Below, one piece after another: positions 46,763-55,339 of a stretch of 64,000 nucleotides of DNA. The position numbers were made by a program, and so were the translations under genes. The DNA is from Escherichia coli (GTDB lineage Bacteria > Pseudomonadota > Gammaproteobacteria > Enterobacterales > Enterobacteriaceae). Below the pieces are notes generated by a model that was given only the letters and a program-made list of their open reading frames with translations, had not been told where the DNA came from and did no database searches. How positions within the stretch are numbered: position 1 is the first letter of the stretch; every line of letters begins with the position of its first letter. The DNA is taken from the NCBI RefSeq assembly GCF_003334405.1, contig NZ_QOWM01000001.1; one strand, 5' to 3'.

Positions 46763-49034
46763 GGAAAACTCCCCAGTTTTGCAGCGATGCCAGTGCCTGC
46801 TGTTCGAGTTGTTGATGATGTGCAATGGCTTGTGGTGGACAATGCAACGGCATTTGCAGCGCCGAAACGGGAAGTTGCGCCAGTTGATAATGCTCAAGCA
46901 CCTGATGCGCCAGCGTCCCGCGTTCTCGTGGTGGTAGCCAGGCCATCGCCGCGCGTAAATCGGGCAGGGCGTTAATAAAATCGTCGTCACTTAGTTGATT
47001 CAAATGGCTGCTGAAACCGGCGATAAATGCCGGCTGACAGGCCAGTTGATGACGGGCTAATGCCAGCAAACCGTGCAGCGCTTCGCCGGATTGTGCCGGG
47101 AAAAACTGTGCCAGCATCGCCAGCGCCGCTTCGGCACTGGCGTTGGGATGTTCCAGACGCATCAGTGCGCCAAGAGCCGCGCCGCGATCCAGCGCCGGGG
47201 CATGAATCGCCTGACTGCGTCGCTCCAGTAAGGCTACCGCCGCAGAAAGCGAAACGCCGGGTAAATTAACGCCGCTATGTAGATCGCGCAGGATATGGCA
47301 AAGCGCCTGCCAGCTATGCAGGTGAGCGTGAAACTCCTTTTCATCCGGTTTGCCGTTGGATTCACACAGCCAGAGCGTGCGATCGATAGCCGCGCATAAC
47401 GTCGTTTGTAATATCTGCGCGCCTTGCATACCGCTAATTTCATCCAGCCGCCATAAGGCATATAGCACTTCCAGCGCCTGGCCCATTTCGGCAAATTGAT
47501 TTTCCTGGGCGATTAATAATGTGAGTTGTTCCAGTAATTGTTGACTGAAGGACGCCAGACCCGCTAACGCCGCCTGGCTAAGACATGTGGTGATACTGCC
47601 GATTCCACCCGCGTCCAGCATATCGGCTTCTAATTTATGGCGTGCGGCTTCCTGGAGTGTTGCACCAAAGCAGGCGGCCTCAATCAATGCCGCATGCTGG
47701 CTAAGTGGGCGGGTTAATTTCCAGCGTTCTTCACCGTTGCCTGCAAGTGTCAGTGTGCTTCCCTGCTGGCGTACAATCCCTGGGATCTCCAGTATTGCCA
47801 GACGATGTAACACCTGACTTTGCGCTAGTCCATTGGGGGTAAAGCGATTTAAGGTAAGCTCCGCCGGAAGAGAGATTGCGGTACGTTCCAGTTCGCAGGT
47901 GACATCTTTTGGCAGAGGCGGTTGTGGCGTAGAAGGGGCAAGTTTACCGAATCCGTCACCCGCTAATGTGTCTATCAACGTTAGCAGAATCGGATCGGTG
48001 TCGGGATGAATAACTCCGCGATAGCTCCACGGCAACGGCGCGTTCAGGGCTTCTTTAATCAGCGAGCCTGCTATGGCATCCAGCCAGTCAGTGCGTAACG
48101 GTAGTTTATGTCCGCGCAACTGTGCCAGCGCCATCGCATGCAGATGAGCGGCAGCCATATCCGCGGTCGAAGCAGGCAAGTGGTGTTGGCGCAAACGGGT
48201 AAGAACCGTTTTTAGCAGTTGTTCTCCCGCCTGCTGTAAGCCCCACTGCCAGCACCAGCTTTGCCAGACCGGGGCAGGCATTCCTGAAAGGTATCCTGCC
48301 AGCACATCAAGGCGCTTTTCACTGTAGGGTGTGAGATAACAACCTGTAACGGCATCTGCCAGCGAGGGCAATTCTGGCTTGTTAATGTCCTGCGGGCATT
48401 CGCGCCACATTTTTGCCAGTGCCGGAGCGTGCCAGCCACCGCAGACGACTAACACGTCGCCATTATTTTGCTGCACCGCCCATGCAATCCAGCGAGCCAT
48501 AAAGGCTTCGCGCTGACGATTGAGTGCATCGCCGGGGAAATCGCCCCGCAGTTGGGCAAAATAGTGCGCCAGTGCAGAGGGTAATGCAGTTTGCTGGCTT
48601 TCATCTTCGAACAAGTGATCCCACAGGTTATCGCTGTTATCCATGCGGGTGGCACGCAGCAGCAAGGTCTGGCTTTCCTCTTGCGTATCAGGCGAATCGT
48701 CCTCTTCTTCACTCTGTGCCCAGCAAGGCAAATCGATGAAGTAAGTTTGTGCCTGAATACGACGAGCGGCTTGTAGCGCCTGCCACTCCGGCGAAAATTC
48801 AGCAAATGGCGTCCAGGCACCACGCCCGGGGGCTGCACCGTCCTGATACTGGCAATAACTGTAAATAGCTACCGGAAGCTGGTGGGCTAAAAACAGTTCG
48901 TCTACCCGGTCATTAAAATCAGCCGGGCCTTCAATCAACACGTATCGTGGCCGCTGGCTTTCGATTAACGATTTCACCAGCCGGGCGCAGGCCGGACTAT
49001 GATGCCGGATGCCGACAATTAACGGCTCGCTCAT
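46755..49034 (-). CDS. yehM: large protein of unknown function YehM
   Basis: ORF 46755..49175; start at Met48 (MSEPLIVGIRHH...) giving 759 aa, 10 nt downstream of the yehL stop. Confidence 0.8.
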   Translation of the reverse strand: MSEPLIVGIRHHSPACARLVKSLIESQRPRYVLIEGPADFNDRVDELFLAHQLPVAIYSYCQYQDGAAPGRGAWTPFAEFSPEWQALQAARRIQAQTYFIDLPCWAQSEEEDDSPDTQEESQTLLLRATRMDNSDNLWDHLFEDESQQTALPSALAHYFAQLRGDFPGDALNRQREAFMARWIAWAVQQNNGDVLVVCGGWHAPALAKMWRECPQDINKPELPSLADAVTGCYLTPYSEKRLDVLAGYLSGMPAPVWQSWCWQWGLQQAGEQLLKTVLTRLRQHHLPASTADMAAAHLHAMALAQLRGHKLPLRTDWLDAIAGSLIKEALNAPLPWSYRGVIHPDTDPILLTLIDTLAGDGFGKLAPSTPQPPLPKDVTCELERTAISLPAELTLNRFTPNGLAQSQVLHRLAILEIPGIVRQQGSTLTLAGNGEERWKLTRPLSQHAALIEAACFGATLQEAARHKLEADMLDAGGIGSITTCLSQAALAGLASFSQQLLEQLTLLIAQENQFAEMGQALEVLYALWRLDEISGMQGAQILQTTLCAAIDRTLWLCESNGKPDEKEFHAHLHSWQALCHILRDLHSGVNLPGVSLSAAVALLERRSQAIHAPALDRGAALGALMRLEHPNASAEAALAMLAQFFPAQSGEALHGLLALARHQLACQPAFIAGFSSHLNQLSDDDFINALPDLRAAMAWLPPRERGTLAHQVLEHYQLAQLPVSALQMPLHCPPQAIAHHQQLEQQALASLQNWGVFHV

Positions 49035-49044
49035 GCATCTTTCC

Positions 49045-50133
49045 TCACGGCAGGCGGTGGCGGGCTTGATAATAAGCCTGCCAGTGAGCTTCTTTATGTG
49101 TGGCGACACGCTGTTCGAAGTAACGGCGCAGACGAGCGCGATCTTCTTCGTTATCTTTGACGATGGTTCCGGCAATACAGTCCACCAGGTCGGCAGGCTC
49201 CCCCGCGCGATTCGCTAAAAACCAGGCGCGGACGCCCACGGCGTGGGCCACGTTCACGGCTTCAGCCGTGGACATAATCGCTGTTAGTGTATCCATTGAC
49301 GTTTTCTTTTCGCCGTTGGCACGCAGATCGCGGAAGGTGCGGACCAGTAACTCCAGTACCGCGTCAGGCACTTTATGCGGAATACCGCTATGGGCCAGCA
49401 AACGCGCCGAAGCACTGGCGACAAGCTCCAGCTCCTGGGCGAAATCCATAATCGGAAAGACAGTTTCAAAATCGAAGCGACGCTTTAGCGCAGCACTCAT
49501 TTCATTGACGCCGCGATCGCGGGTATTGGCAGTGGCAATAATATTAAAGCCTTCTCGCGCATAGAGCTGACTGGCTTCACCAGTGAGTTCCGGCACCGTC
49601 ATCACCCTGTCAGAAAGCATGCCTAACAGACAGTCTTGCACTTCCAGCGGTGTACGCGTTATCTCTTCAAAACGGACGATTTTGCCGTCGCGCATTCCCT
49701 GGTAAAGCGGGGCAGGGACCAGCGCTTCCGTTGATGGACCATGATTGATAAGCAGGGCGTAGTTCCAGCCGTACTTGATTTGATCTTCGGTAGTAGATGC
49801 GCCGCCCTGGACGGTTAACCCGGCATCGCCGCTAATAGCGGTTGCCAGTAATTCAGACAGGAGAGATTTTGCGGTGCCAGGTTCCCCCACCAACATCAAA
49901 CCGCGTCCGGTGGCAAGAGTGACTAACATACGTTCGACAGCGGAGGGACTAATCACCACTTTACGGCTAATATTTTGCGCGCTATCGCCAAGGATAAAAG
50001 CACGGGCCGCAGGCAAACTTAACTGCCAACCGGGCGGGCAAGGTGCGTTATCATTTTGTTTTAATTTTGCCAGTTCATCGGCGTATAACACAGCAGCAGG
50101 CGGACGCTGCAGATGATTATTCTGCGGTGACAT
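49045..50133 (-). CDS. yehL: MoxR-family AAA+ ATPase YehL
   Basis: ORF 49045..50199; start at Met23 (MSPQNNHLQRPP...) giving 362 aa with aggga RBS; Walker A GEPGTAKS. Confidence 0.9.
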   Translation of the reverse strand: MSPQNNHLQRPPAAVLYADELAKLKQNDNAPCPPGWQLSLPAARAFILGDSAQNISRKVVISPSAVERMLVTLATGRGLMLVGEPGTAKSLLSELLATAISGDAGLTVQGGASTTEDQIKYGWNYALLINHGPSTEALVPAPLYQGMRDGKIVRFEEITRTPLEVQDCLLGMLSDRVMTVPELTGEASQLYAREGFNIIATANTRDRGVNEMSAALKRRFDFETVFPIMDFAQELELVASASARLLAHSGIPHKVPDAVLELLVRTFRDLRANGEKKTSMDTLTAIMSTAEAVNVAHAVGVRAWFLANRAGEPADLVDCIAGTIVKDNEEDRARLRRYFEQRVATHKEAHWQAYYQARHRLP

Positions 50134-50241
50134 ATATTCATCCCTGAAATGTATTAATGAAATAAACGATATTTTACGCGCAATAAATGTTTGGCGCATT
50201 AGTTGTTTGAGCGAAAAATATCTGGAAAGCAGATCACAGTA

Positions 50242-50327
50242 AATAAAAAAACCTGCTGGTGAGGCAGGTTCTTTTATTTACTATTTTCAGGCCTAACACC
50301 ACAGCCTGTGCAACATCGTGTTCCAAC
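50242..50327 (-). ncRNA. putative Orz-type antitoxin sRNA, copy 1
   Basis: minus-strand promoter (-35 ttgcaa 50357-62, -10 tataat as plus attata 50334-39), ~85-nt transcript ending at hairpin 50250-50270 plus U-run; 5' end complementary to zor-1 5' UTR (50474-50493). Confidence 0.5.
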
Positions 50328-50565
50328 GAACGAATTATAACCATGGCTGGACCCCGTTGCAATTAAGATAATGAGATTTATAATCCAGACCGTTGGGACG
50401 TTGCGCCGGATCGAACCTATTTCAAGTCCTGGCTACCGGACGGGTGGTGCTGCAGGTGGTGCCCTGATCCGGAGTGCAACATCGTGGTCCAACATACGTA
50501 AACCAGTATCGACAGGCAGTGTAAGGGTAAGGTGCTGGTGTTGCGCTCCTTAATAAGGAGAGCGG

Positions 50566-50655
50566 ATGGACACGCTGACACAAAAGTTAACCGTGCTCAT
50601 TGCTGTACTGGAGCTATTAGTAGCTCTGTTACAGTTGATTGATTTGTTGAAGTAA
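50566..50655 (+). CDS. 29-aa Zor-like type I toxin peptide (MDTLTQKLTVLIAVLELLVALLQLIDLLK), copy 1
   Basis: SD aggag 6 nt upstream; plus promoter -35 50357-62 and -10 tataat 50379-84 gives a ~175-nt 5' UTR; terminator hairpin 50679-50701. Confidence 0.7.
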   Translation: MDTLTQKLTVLIAVLELLVALLQLIDLLK

Positions 50656-50851
50656 CGGGCAAATTGAAACGCATCTAAGGGGGAAAACCGCTTCCCCCTT
50701 TAATAAAATGATTACTGTTTTTATTAATTCATCATATAACTCATGTTTATTTATAAGTTCATCGATTTTATATTCAACGCACCATTTGACCGGGATGTGA
50801 ATATTTATGGTGGGCTATTGGCAAAAAATATCTGGAAAGTAGATCGCAGAA

Positions 50852-50935
50852 AATAAAAAAACCTGCTGGTGAGGCAGGTTCTTTTATTTACTACAGTGAC
50901 GCTAACTTGCTGATTGTGCAACATTTCGTACCAAC
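50852..50935 (-). ncRNA. putative Orz-type antitoxin sRNA, copy 2
   Basis: same architecture as copy 1 (-10 as plus attata 50942-47, -35 ttgcaa 50965-70, terminator 50860-50880); 18-nt stretch gcaacatttcgtaccaac matches zor-2 5' UTR at 17 of 18 positions. Confidence 0.5.
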
Positions 50936-51173
50936 GAATAAATTATAACCATATCCACACTCCATTGCAATTCAGTGAATGAGATTTATAATCCTGCCCG
51001 TTGGGAGGTTGTGCCGGATCGGACCAATTTTAAGTCCTGGCTGCTGGACGGGTGGTGCCGCAGGCGGTGCCCTGATCCGGAGAGCAACGTTTCGTACCAA
51101 CATACGTAAACCAGTATCGACAGGCAGTGTAAGGGTAAGGTGCTGGTGTTGCGCTCCTTAATAAGGAGAGCGG

Positions 51174-51263
51174 ATGGACACGCTGACACAAAAGTTAATC
51201 GTGCTCATTGCCGTACTGGAGTTATTAGTGGCTCTGTTACGGTTGATTGATTTGTTGAAGTAA
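51174..51263 (+). CDS. 29-aa Zor-like type I toxin peptide (MDTLTQKLIVLIAVLELLVALLRLIDLLK), copy 2
   Basis: SD aggag 6 nt upstream; -10 tataat 50987-92; terminator hairpin 51287-51309. Confidence 0.7.
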   Translation: MDTLTQKLIVLIAVLELLVALLRLIDLLK

Positions 51264-51316
51264 CGGGCAAATTGAAACGCATCTAAGGGGGAATACCGTT
51301 TCCCCCTTTAATAAAG

Positions 51317-51637
51317 CTATTTTTCTATTTGTTGGATGAATATATTCTGTAGTTCACGATTAAAAATTGCTATTACAGTTTCAGGTGATTCACCTCGTAA
51401 TTTCCGCTCATCAATACACTCATCTCTTATATAAATCAACGCATCATTTATTAGCGGGTCAGCATCTTCTCGATCACGTTGATGAAATGTTGGATGTAGC
51501 CGGAATCGCTCCAGTCGATAGACGGAACCTGTAAATAATTCAGAGCATTTATGGATCTCAAGTCTGAAGGAAAACGGATCTTCAGGTACAGGGACCTCAT
51601 AATCGTAAATAGCAACCAGCTCTTTTTGCACGATCAT
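51317..51637 (-). CDS. yehK: protein of unknown function YehK
   Basis: 106-aa ORF 60 nt downstream of yehI on the same strand. Confidence 0.75.
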   Translation of the reverse strand: MIVQKELVAIYDYEVPVPEDPFSFRLEIHKCSELFTGSVYRLERFRLHPTFHQRDREDADPLINDALIYIRDECIDERKLRGESPETVIAIFNRELQNIFIQQIEK

Positions 51638-51697
51638 CGCTTTCCCCGCTGGTAAGTCGTGTTAATAACGGGCAGTTGCATCACTGCCCGCTGTGTT

Positions 51698-54600
51698 TTA
51701 ATGGAAAATGACGTCAGGTGCGCTTAACGCCTCACTCAAATCAAACACATCAAGTTCGGCAAAAGTGACGGATTTATTGTCACGGTACACTCGAAGAGAA
51801 CGGAAGCTCATTAGCGCTTTGCTATCAACATTGTAGTGGTTAAAACCGGGTGAAAACTTAAGGACCAGCCGGTACTCACCCAGGTCATAGACAAATGCGT
51901 CCTCATAGCCTGACTCCCAGCCTTTGTATCGCATTCCCATAAGTTGCCCAACGGTAGCGGATTTACCTTCCCAGCGAGTCAGGCTGTTACTGGTTGACTC
52001 GTCAGGTGTGAGCAGCACCGTGCGGCGCGACAACTGGCGAAAAGGCGGCATAATTTCGTAATCGGCAAAAAGCTGTGCAAATTCACTGCGCATTTCTGCT
52101 GTCATTTCTAACGGGTGGGCAATGCCAATCAGAGCATCCGCAGGAAGGTCAATGGGCTCATCCTGCGCATTGCAGAACTCCCCCTCTGCGGCCACACGAA
52201 AGGCGTTGAGTAAACGACGCGGTTCATTTGCCGGATAACCCCCCCATATTAATCGCTGGGTAACCAGGCGGGTAAAGGGATGATTAACAAACAGAGAATG
52301 AAAATCTGCCAGCGACCAGCGTCGGGTGGTACGTAGGGCAGCTTCAAGACGCGGGAGCAGGTTTTTGCTCACCTGAGTAGCATCTTTTTTTAGCCCTTTT
52401 AGTCGGGCCAGTGCCTCGGGCGCTTTCAGTTGATCGTCATCGGCACGCAACCGGGGAACACTTTTCTGGCGAACGTTTTGTTGATCAAAGATAACCGGGT
52501 TGAGGTTTTCATCGAAGCGAACGGTAAACTGCCGGGGACCAAAATCAAAAATCAACGCCTGCGGATCATCAAGACCCAGTGTTGGGACTAATCTGTCCGC
52601 TAACTCTTCCTGGCTTAGCCCGCGATTTTCTGCGACCACCTGAAGAAATTCCGCTGCGTTTTCACGTAATGAAGAGGATTTCGCCCGTTGTGATACATGA
52701 TGCAGCTGTATCAGCGCCATATCATTATTCATCAAGGTAAGTATATTCAGACCAATGACAGCACGGGCAGATTTGCCTTCTTGTGGCCAGGCGAGGATCT
52801 GTGTCGTCAGATCCCGAGCCGTGCTTTCGTCACCAAAGAGACTTAACGCCAGAAATGCCCAGTTGTCTTTTGCGGGGGCACCAGCTTGTTGCCACGCAGT
52901 GAAGAGATCCCAGGCAAAAGCGGCCAGCGTTTGTGGCTGGCAAAACGTTTTCAGTTGTTCCAGCCCGCTATAAAAACGTCCCCCCTGGGTAAAGCGCAGC
53001 ATTTCGCCGATAATTTCCAGAGCGTCATCGGTAACAGGCTGATTATTAGTGATAAGTCGAGGCCTGGACCACATTGCCGGATGCCAGAAATCAGGGGCTT
53101 TTGGAATGCGTGCCGGGTAAATGTCCATTGGACCCTGTTTCAGTAATTGTTCCAGGGCAGGCCATACATCTTTACGCTGCCAACGATTGGCTACAGTTTG
53201 TAGCAATTCGCCATGCCCATGTTCGTAAAGTAAACGCAGGGCAAGTAATGCAGCTTCGCTATTATCGCTGGATTTGGTGAAGACAAGAGGGATAAGTGCA
53301 GTAGCCGTATGTTCCGGCCAATGTAAAATCCACTGGCGAGCCAGACCACGCTGCACCGCGAAACGTCGCCAGACGCGGGCAACGGGCAGGGCCAGTTCTG
53401 TTGCGCCAAAATTTAAAATTAACGGAAATGTTTCTTTTGGACGATGTGAAAAAGCCAACATCAGACCTGGTAGCGCATCCAACCCGAGGATACTAAGAAA
53501 ATAGTCCTCACCCGCGAACAGATGTTTTTTCTCATTGATACGCAGCCAGAAGGTCAAAGCCATCTCACGCGGCAACTGTGCCAATAAATACAGGTTCCAG
53601 ACACTCTTTTCCGGACGATAACGTGAGTAGTTGTCATTTTCCCATATGTTAATTAACGCTTCTATGTGACCGCTGCGGAGCGCCTGTTCTGCTAATTGTG
53701 CTTCCGGGGAGTTCCAGCCATTCAGGATCTCTTCAACCCGCCCCTGGTAGTAATGCCACTGAACAATGAGTGAATTGCGTGCAGCATCCAGTTTTCCGGG
53801 GAGTATATAATTCAGAAACAGCCATACATCATCCCCAAAACCCAGTTCCTGTAATACAACTCGCCCACTTTTTTGTTCCATGCGTTCCGCAAGAGATTCC
53901 GTGCTGAAATAACGGGCAGACTCAGTGGAGGCAAGCCTCTCTTGTTCGCCTGGTTGCCAGTAAACTTGCGGGGTTAATTCGAGCGGTGCCAAATCAAGAC
54001 GTGGAGCTGTCATTTTTTTCTTACTACGCCACGGTGGTGAAACGAGGATTTCAGGCAGATTGCTGTTATCGGTGCCATCAATAACCGGTTTGGGCGGTGC
54101 CAATAAATAACTATTCAGTACTGCCCGGGCTTGAGTACTTAACCACTGCATCACCTCTTCTGCCAGTTGTGGCTGCGATGCCATCAGCGTTTGTAACAGC
54201 GTACGCCAGTATTCATCGCGTGCTTTTTGCTGGGCAGGCAGCTTTTTGTCTTCGATGATTGGATAACCAGGGCGGGCTGGTGGTTCTTTTAACGCCAGCA
54301 GTTCTGCCAGTGCCGCGAGCGTCGCGTGGGGGAAGTTTTTACTGTATTTAGCCACACGTTGCAGGCTGGGTTTGTTTTTATCAGCCACCAGTAGCAAGGT
54401 GTGGATGACCTGCGGATGGTTAATTTGTACCAACAGACTGCCGCAATCTTCTTTATGGGCATACATCGCGAGGCGCGGAATGGCTGCCAGTCCTTGTTCG
54501 CGCAAAAGGGCGGCGCAGGCCGCGTAGCCGAAGTGGTTTTTTTGTGACATGTAGCTGGCTTCGCGATCGCTAAATACGTCCAGGCCCCAGTATCGTTCGA

Positions 54601-55330
54601 GTTTTTTTACCGCCGTATTATCAGTAGCAACGACCTTTAACCACTCCTTTGAATGGAGACTTGACCGGGAGCTTTCAAGACTGGCGAGTTCATTGGCTAT
54701 TTCAGGCTTTTCCGGGAGGATCAGCGCAATAAAAGGACGGCGAATTTTGGGTATTCCTGGCAGTGCGGCAATGAGTTTATCGGCACAACGCTGCCAGCAA
54801 CTTTCCTCTGCCAGCGACAGATGCTTACGCAAACGGAGAGCGAAATCGTTATAGGTCGCGGAGCCATAACCGTAGCCATAGTCCTCGTCCTGATACTGCA
54901 AAGTGACGACCAGTGAATCACTCTCATAACGCCGCGCAATGCACTGACGCGCCATCACTACATCCGTCGCATATTCCAGCCCCTCTTGTTGGACGATTTC
55001 GTCGAGCAACTGTTGGCTGTCATTTTGCGCGATACAGGCTAGCGCCGCCATTGTCCGGGCCGGGATTGAGGGTTTGTGTTCGCCGATCAAGTTGATGGCC
55101 TGCGTGATGGCGGACTGCCACTCCAGTAAAAAATTTTCATAACGCCAGACAATGTTTTTTTTCTTCTCAGCTTTTTGTAGCAATTCATCACCCAGTGTCT
55201 GAATGATGCTTTCAGTGATAACAGGCACTGGTTCGCCCGGCCAATTGCGATGGCTGAGTGGTGTTTTACCCTTTTTATATTTCAGTTCCAGTTGGGCGTT
55301 ATCAGCCAGCCACGGTAATTCCTTGTCCAT
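51698..55330 (-). CDS. yehI: giant MolR/YehI-family protein YehI (no WGR-like N-terminus)
   Basis: 1210-aa ORF; C-terminal region paralogous to the two upstream ORFs; start 9 nt after the upstream stop with ggaaagag RBS. Confidence 0.85.
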   Translation of the reverse strand: MDKELPWLADNAQLELKYKKGKTPLSHRNWPGEPVPVITESIIQTLGDELLQKAEKKKNIVWRYENFLLEWQSAITQAINLIGEHKPSIPARTMAALACIAQNDSQQLLDEIVQQEGLEYATDVVMARQCIARRYESDSLVVTLQYQDEDYGYGYGSATYNDFALRLRKHLSLAEESCWQRCADKLIAALPGIPKIRRPFIALILPEKPEIANELASLESSRSSLHSKEWLKVVATDNTAVKKLERYWGLDVFSDREASYMSQKNHFGYAACAALLREQGLAAIPRLAMYAHKEDCGSLLVQINHPQVIHTLLLVADKNKPSLQRVAKYSKNFPHATLAALAELLALKEPPARPGYPIIEDKKLPAQQKARDEYWRTLLQTLMASQPQLAEEVMQWLSTQARAVLNSYLLAPPKPVIDGTDNSNLPEILVSPPWRSKKKMTAPRLDLAPLELTPQVYWQPGEQERLASTESARYFSTESLAERMEQKSGRVVLQELGFGDDVWLFLNYILPGKLDAARNSLIVQWHYYQGRVEEILNGWNSPEAQLAEQALRSGHIEALINIWENDNYSRYRPEKSVWNLYLLAQLPREMALTFWLRINEKKHLFAGEDYFLSILGLDALPGLMLAFSHRPKETFPLILNFGATELALPVARVWRRFAVQRGLARQWILHWPEHTATALIPLVFTKSSDNSEAALLALRLLYEHGHGELLQTVANRWQRKDVWPALEQLLKQGPMDIYPARIPKAPDFWHPAMWSRPRLITNNQPVTDDALEIIGEMLRFTQGGRFYSGLEQLKTFCQPQTLAAFAWDLFTAWQQAGAPAKDNWAFLALSLFGDESTARDLTTQILAWPQEGKSARAVIGLNILTLMNNDMALIQLHHVSQRAKSSSLRENAAEFLQVVAENRGLSQEELADRLVPTLGLDDPQALIFDFGPRQFTVRFDENLNPVIFDQQNVRQKSVPRLRADDDQLKAPEALARLKGLKKDATQVSKNLLPRLEAALRTTRRWSLADFHSLFVNHPFTRLVTQRLIWGGYPANEPRRLLNAFRVAAEGEFCNAQDEPIDLPADALIGIAHPLEMTAEMRSEFAQLFADYEIMPPFRQLSRRTVLLTPDESTSNSLTRWEGKSATVGQLMGMRYKGWESGYEDAFVYDLGEYRLVLKFSPGFNHYNVDSKALMSFRSLRVYRDNKSVTFAELDVFDLSEALSAPDVIFH

Positions 55331-55339
55331 GCTCTTTCC

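Larger units (their letters stand above)
50214..51313. repeat. tandem direct duplication of a ~490-bp zor/orz module (units ~50214-50705 and ~50824-51313), ~90% identical
   Basis: unit 2 repeats unit 1 block for block: terminator hairpin, divergent promoters, 5' UTR, 29-codon ORF and terminator. Confidence 0.85.

Noticed and set aside
49045-50199. Upstream Met (MRQTFIARKISF...) as the yehL start
   Set aside because: The downstream Met23 has a good aggga RBS and gives the expected MoxR N-terminus, whereas the extension is hydrophobic and basic with no RBS. The longer ORF is probably an ORF-caller artefact.
50371-50553. 60-aa ORF (MRFIIQTVGTLRRIEPISS...) and its copy at 50979..51161, conserved between the two repeat units
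   Set aside because: Both lie inside the predicted zor 5' UTR and start within the promoter -10 region. The translation is Arg/Gly/Cys-rich with no SD, and conservation is explained by the DNA duplication itself. More likely untranslated leader than a protein.
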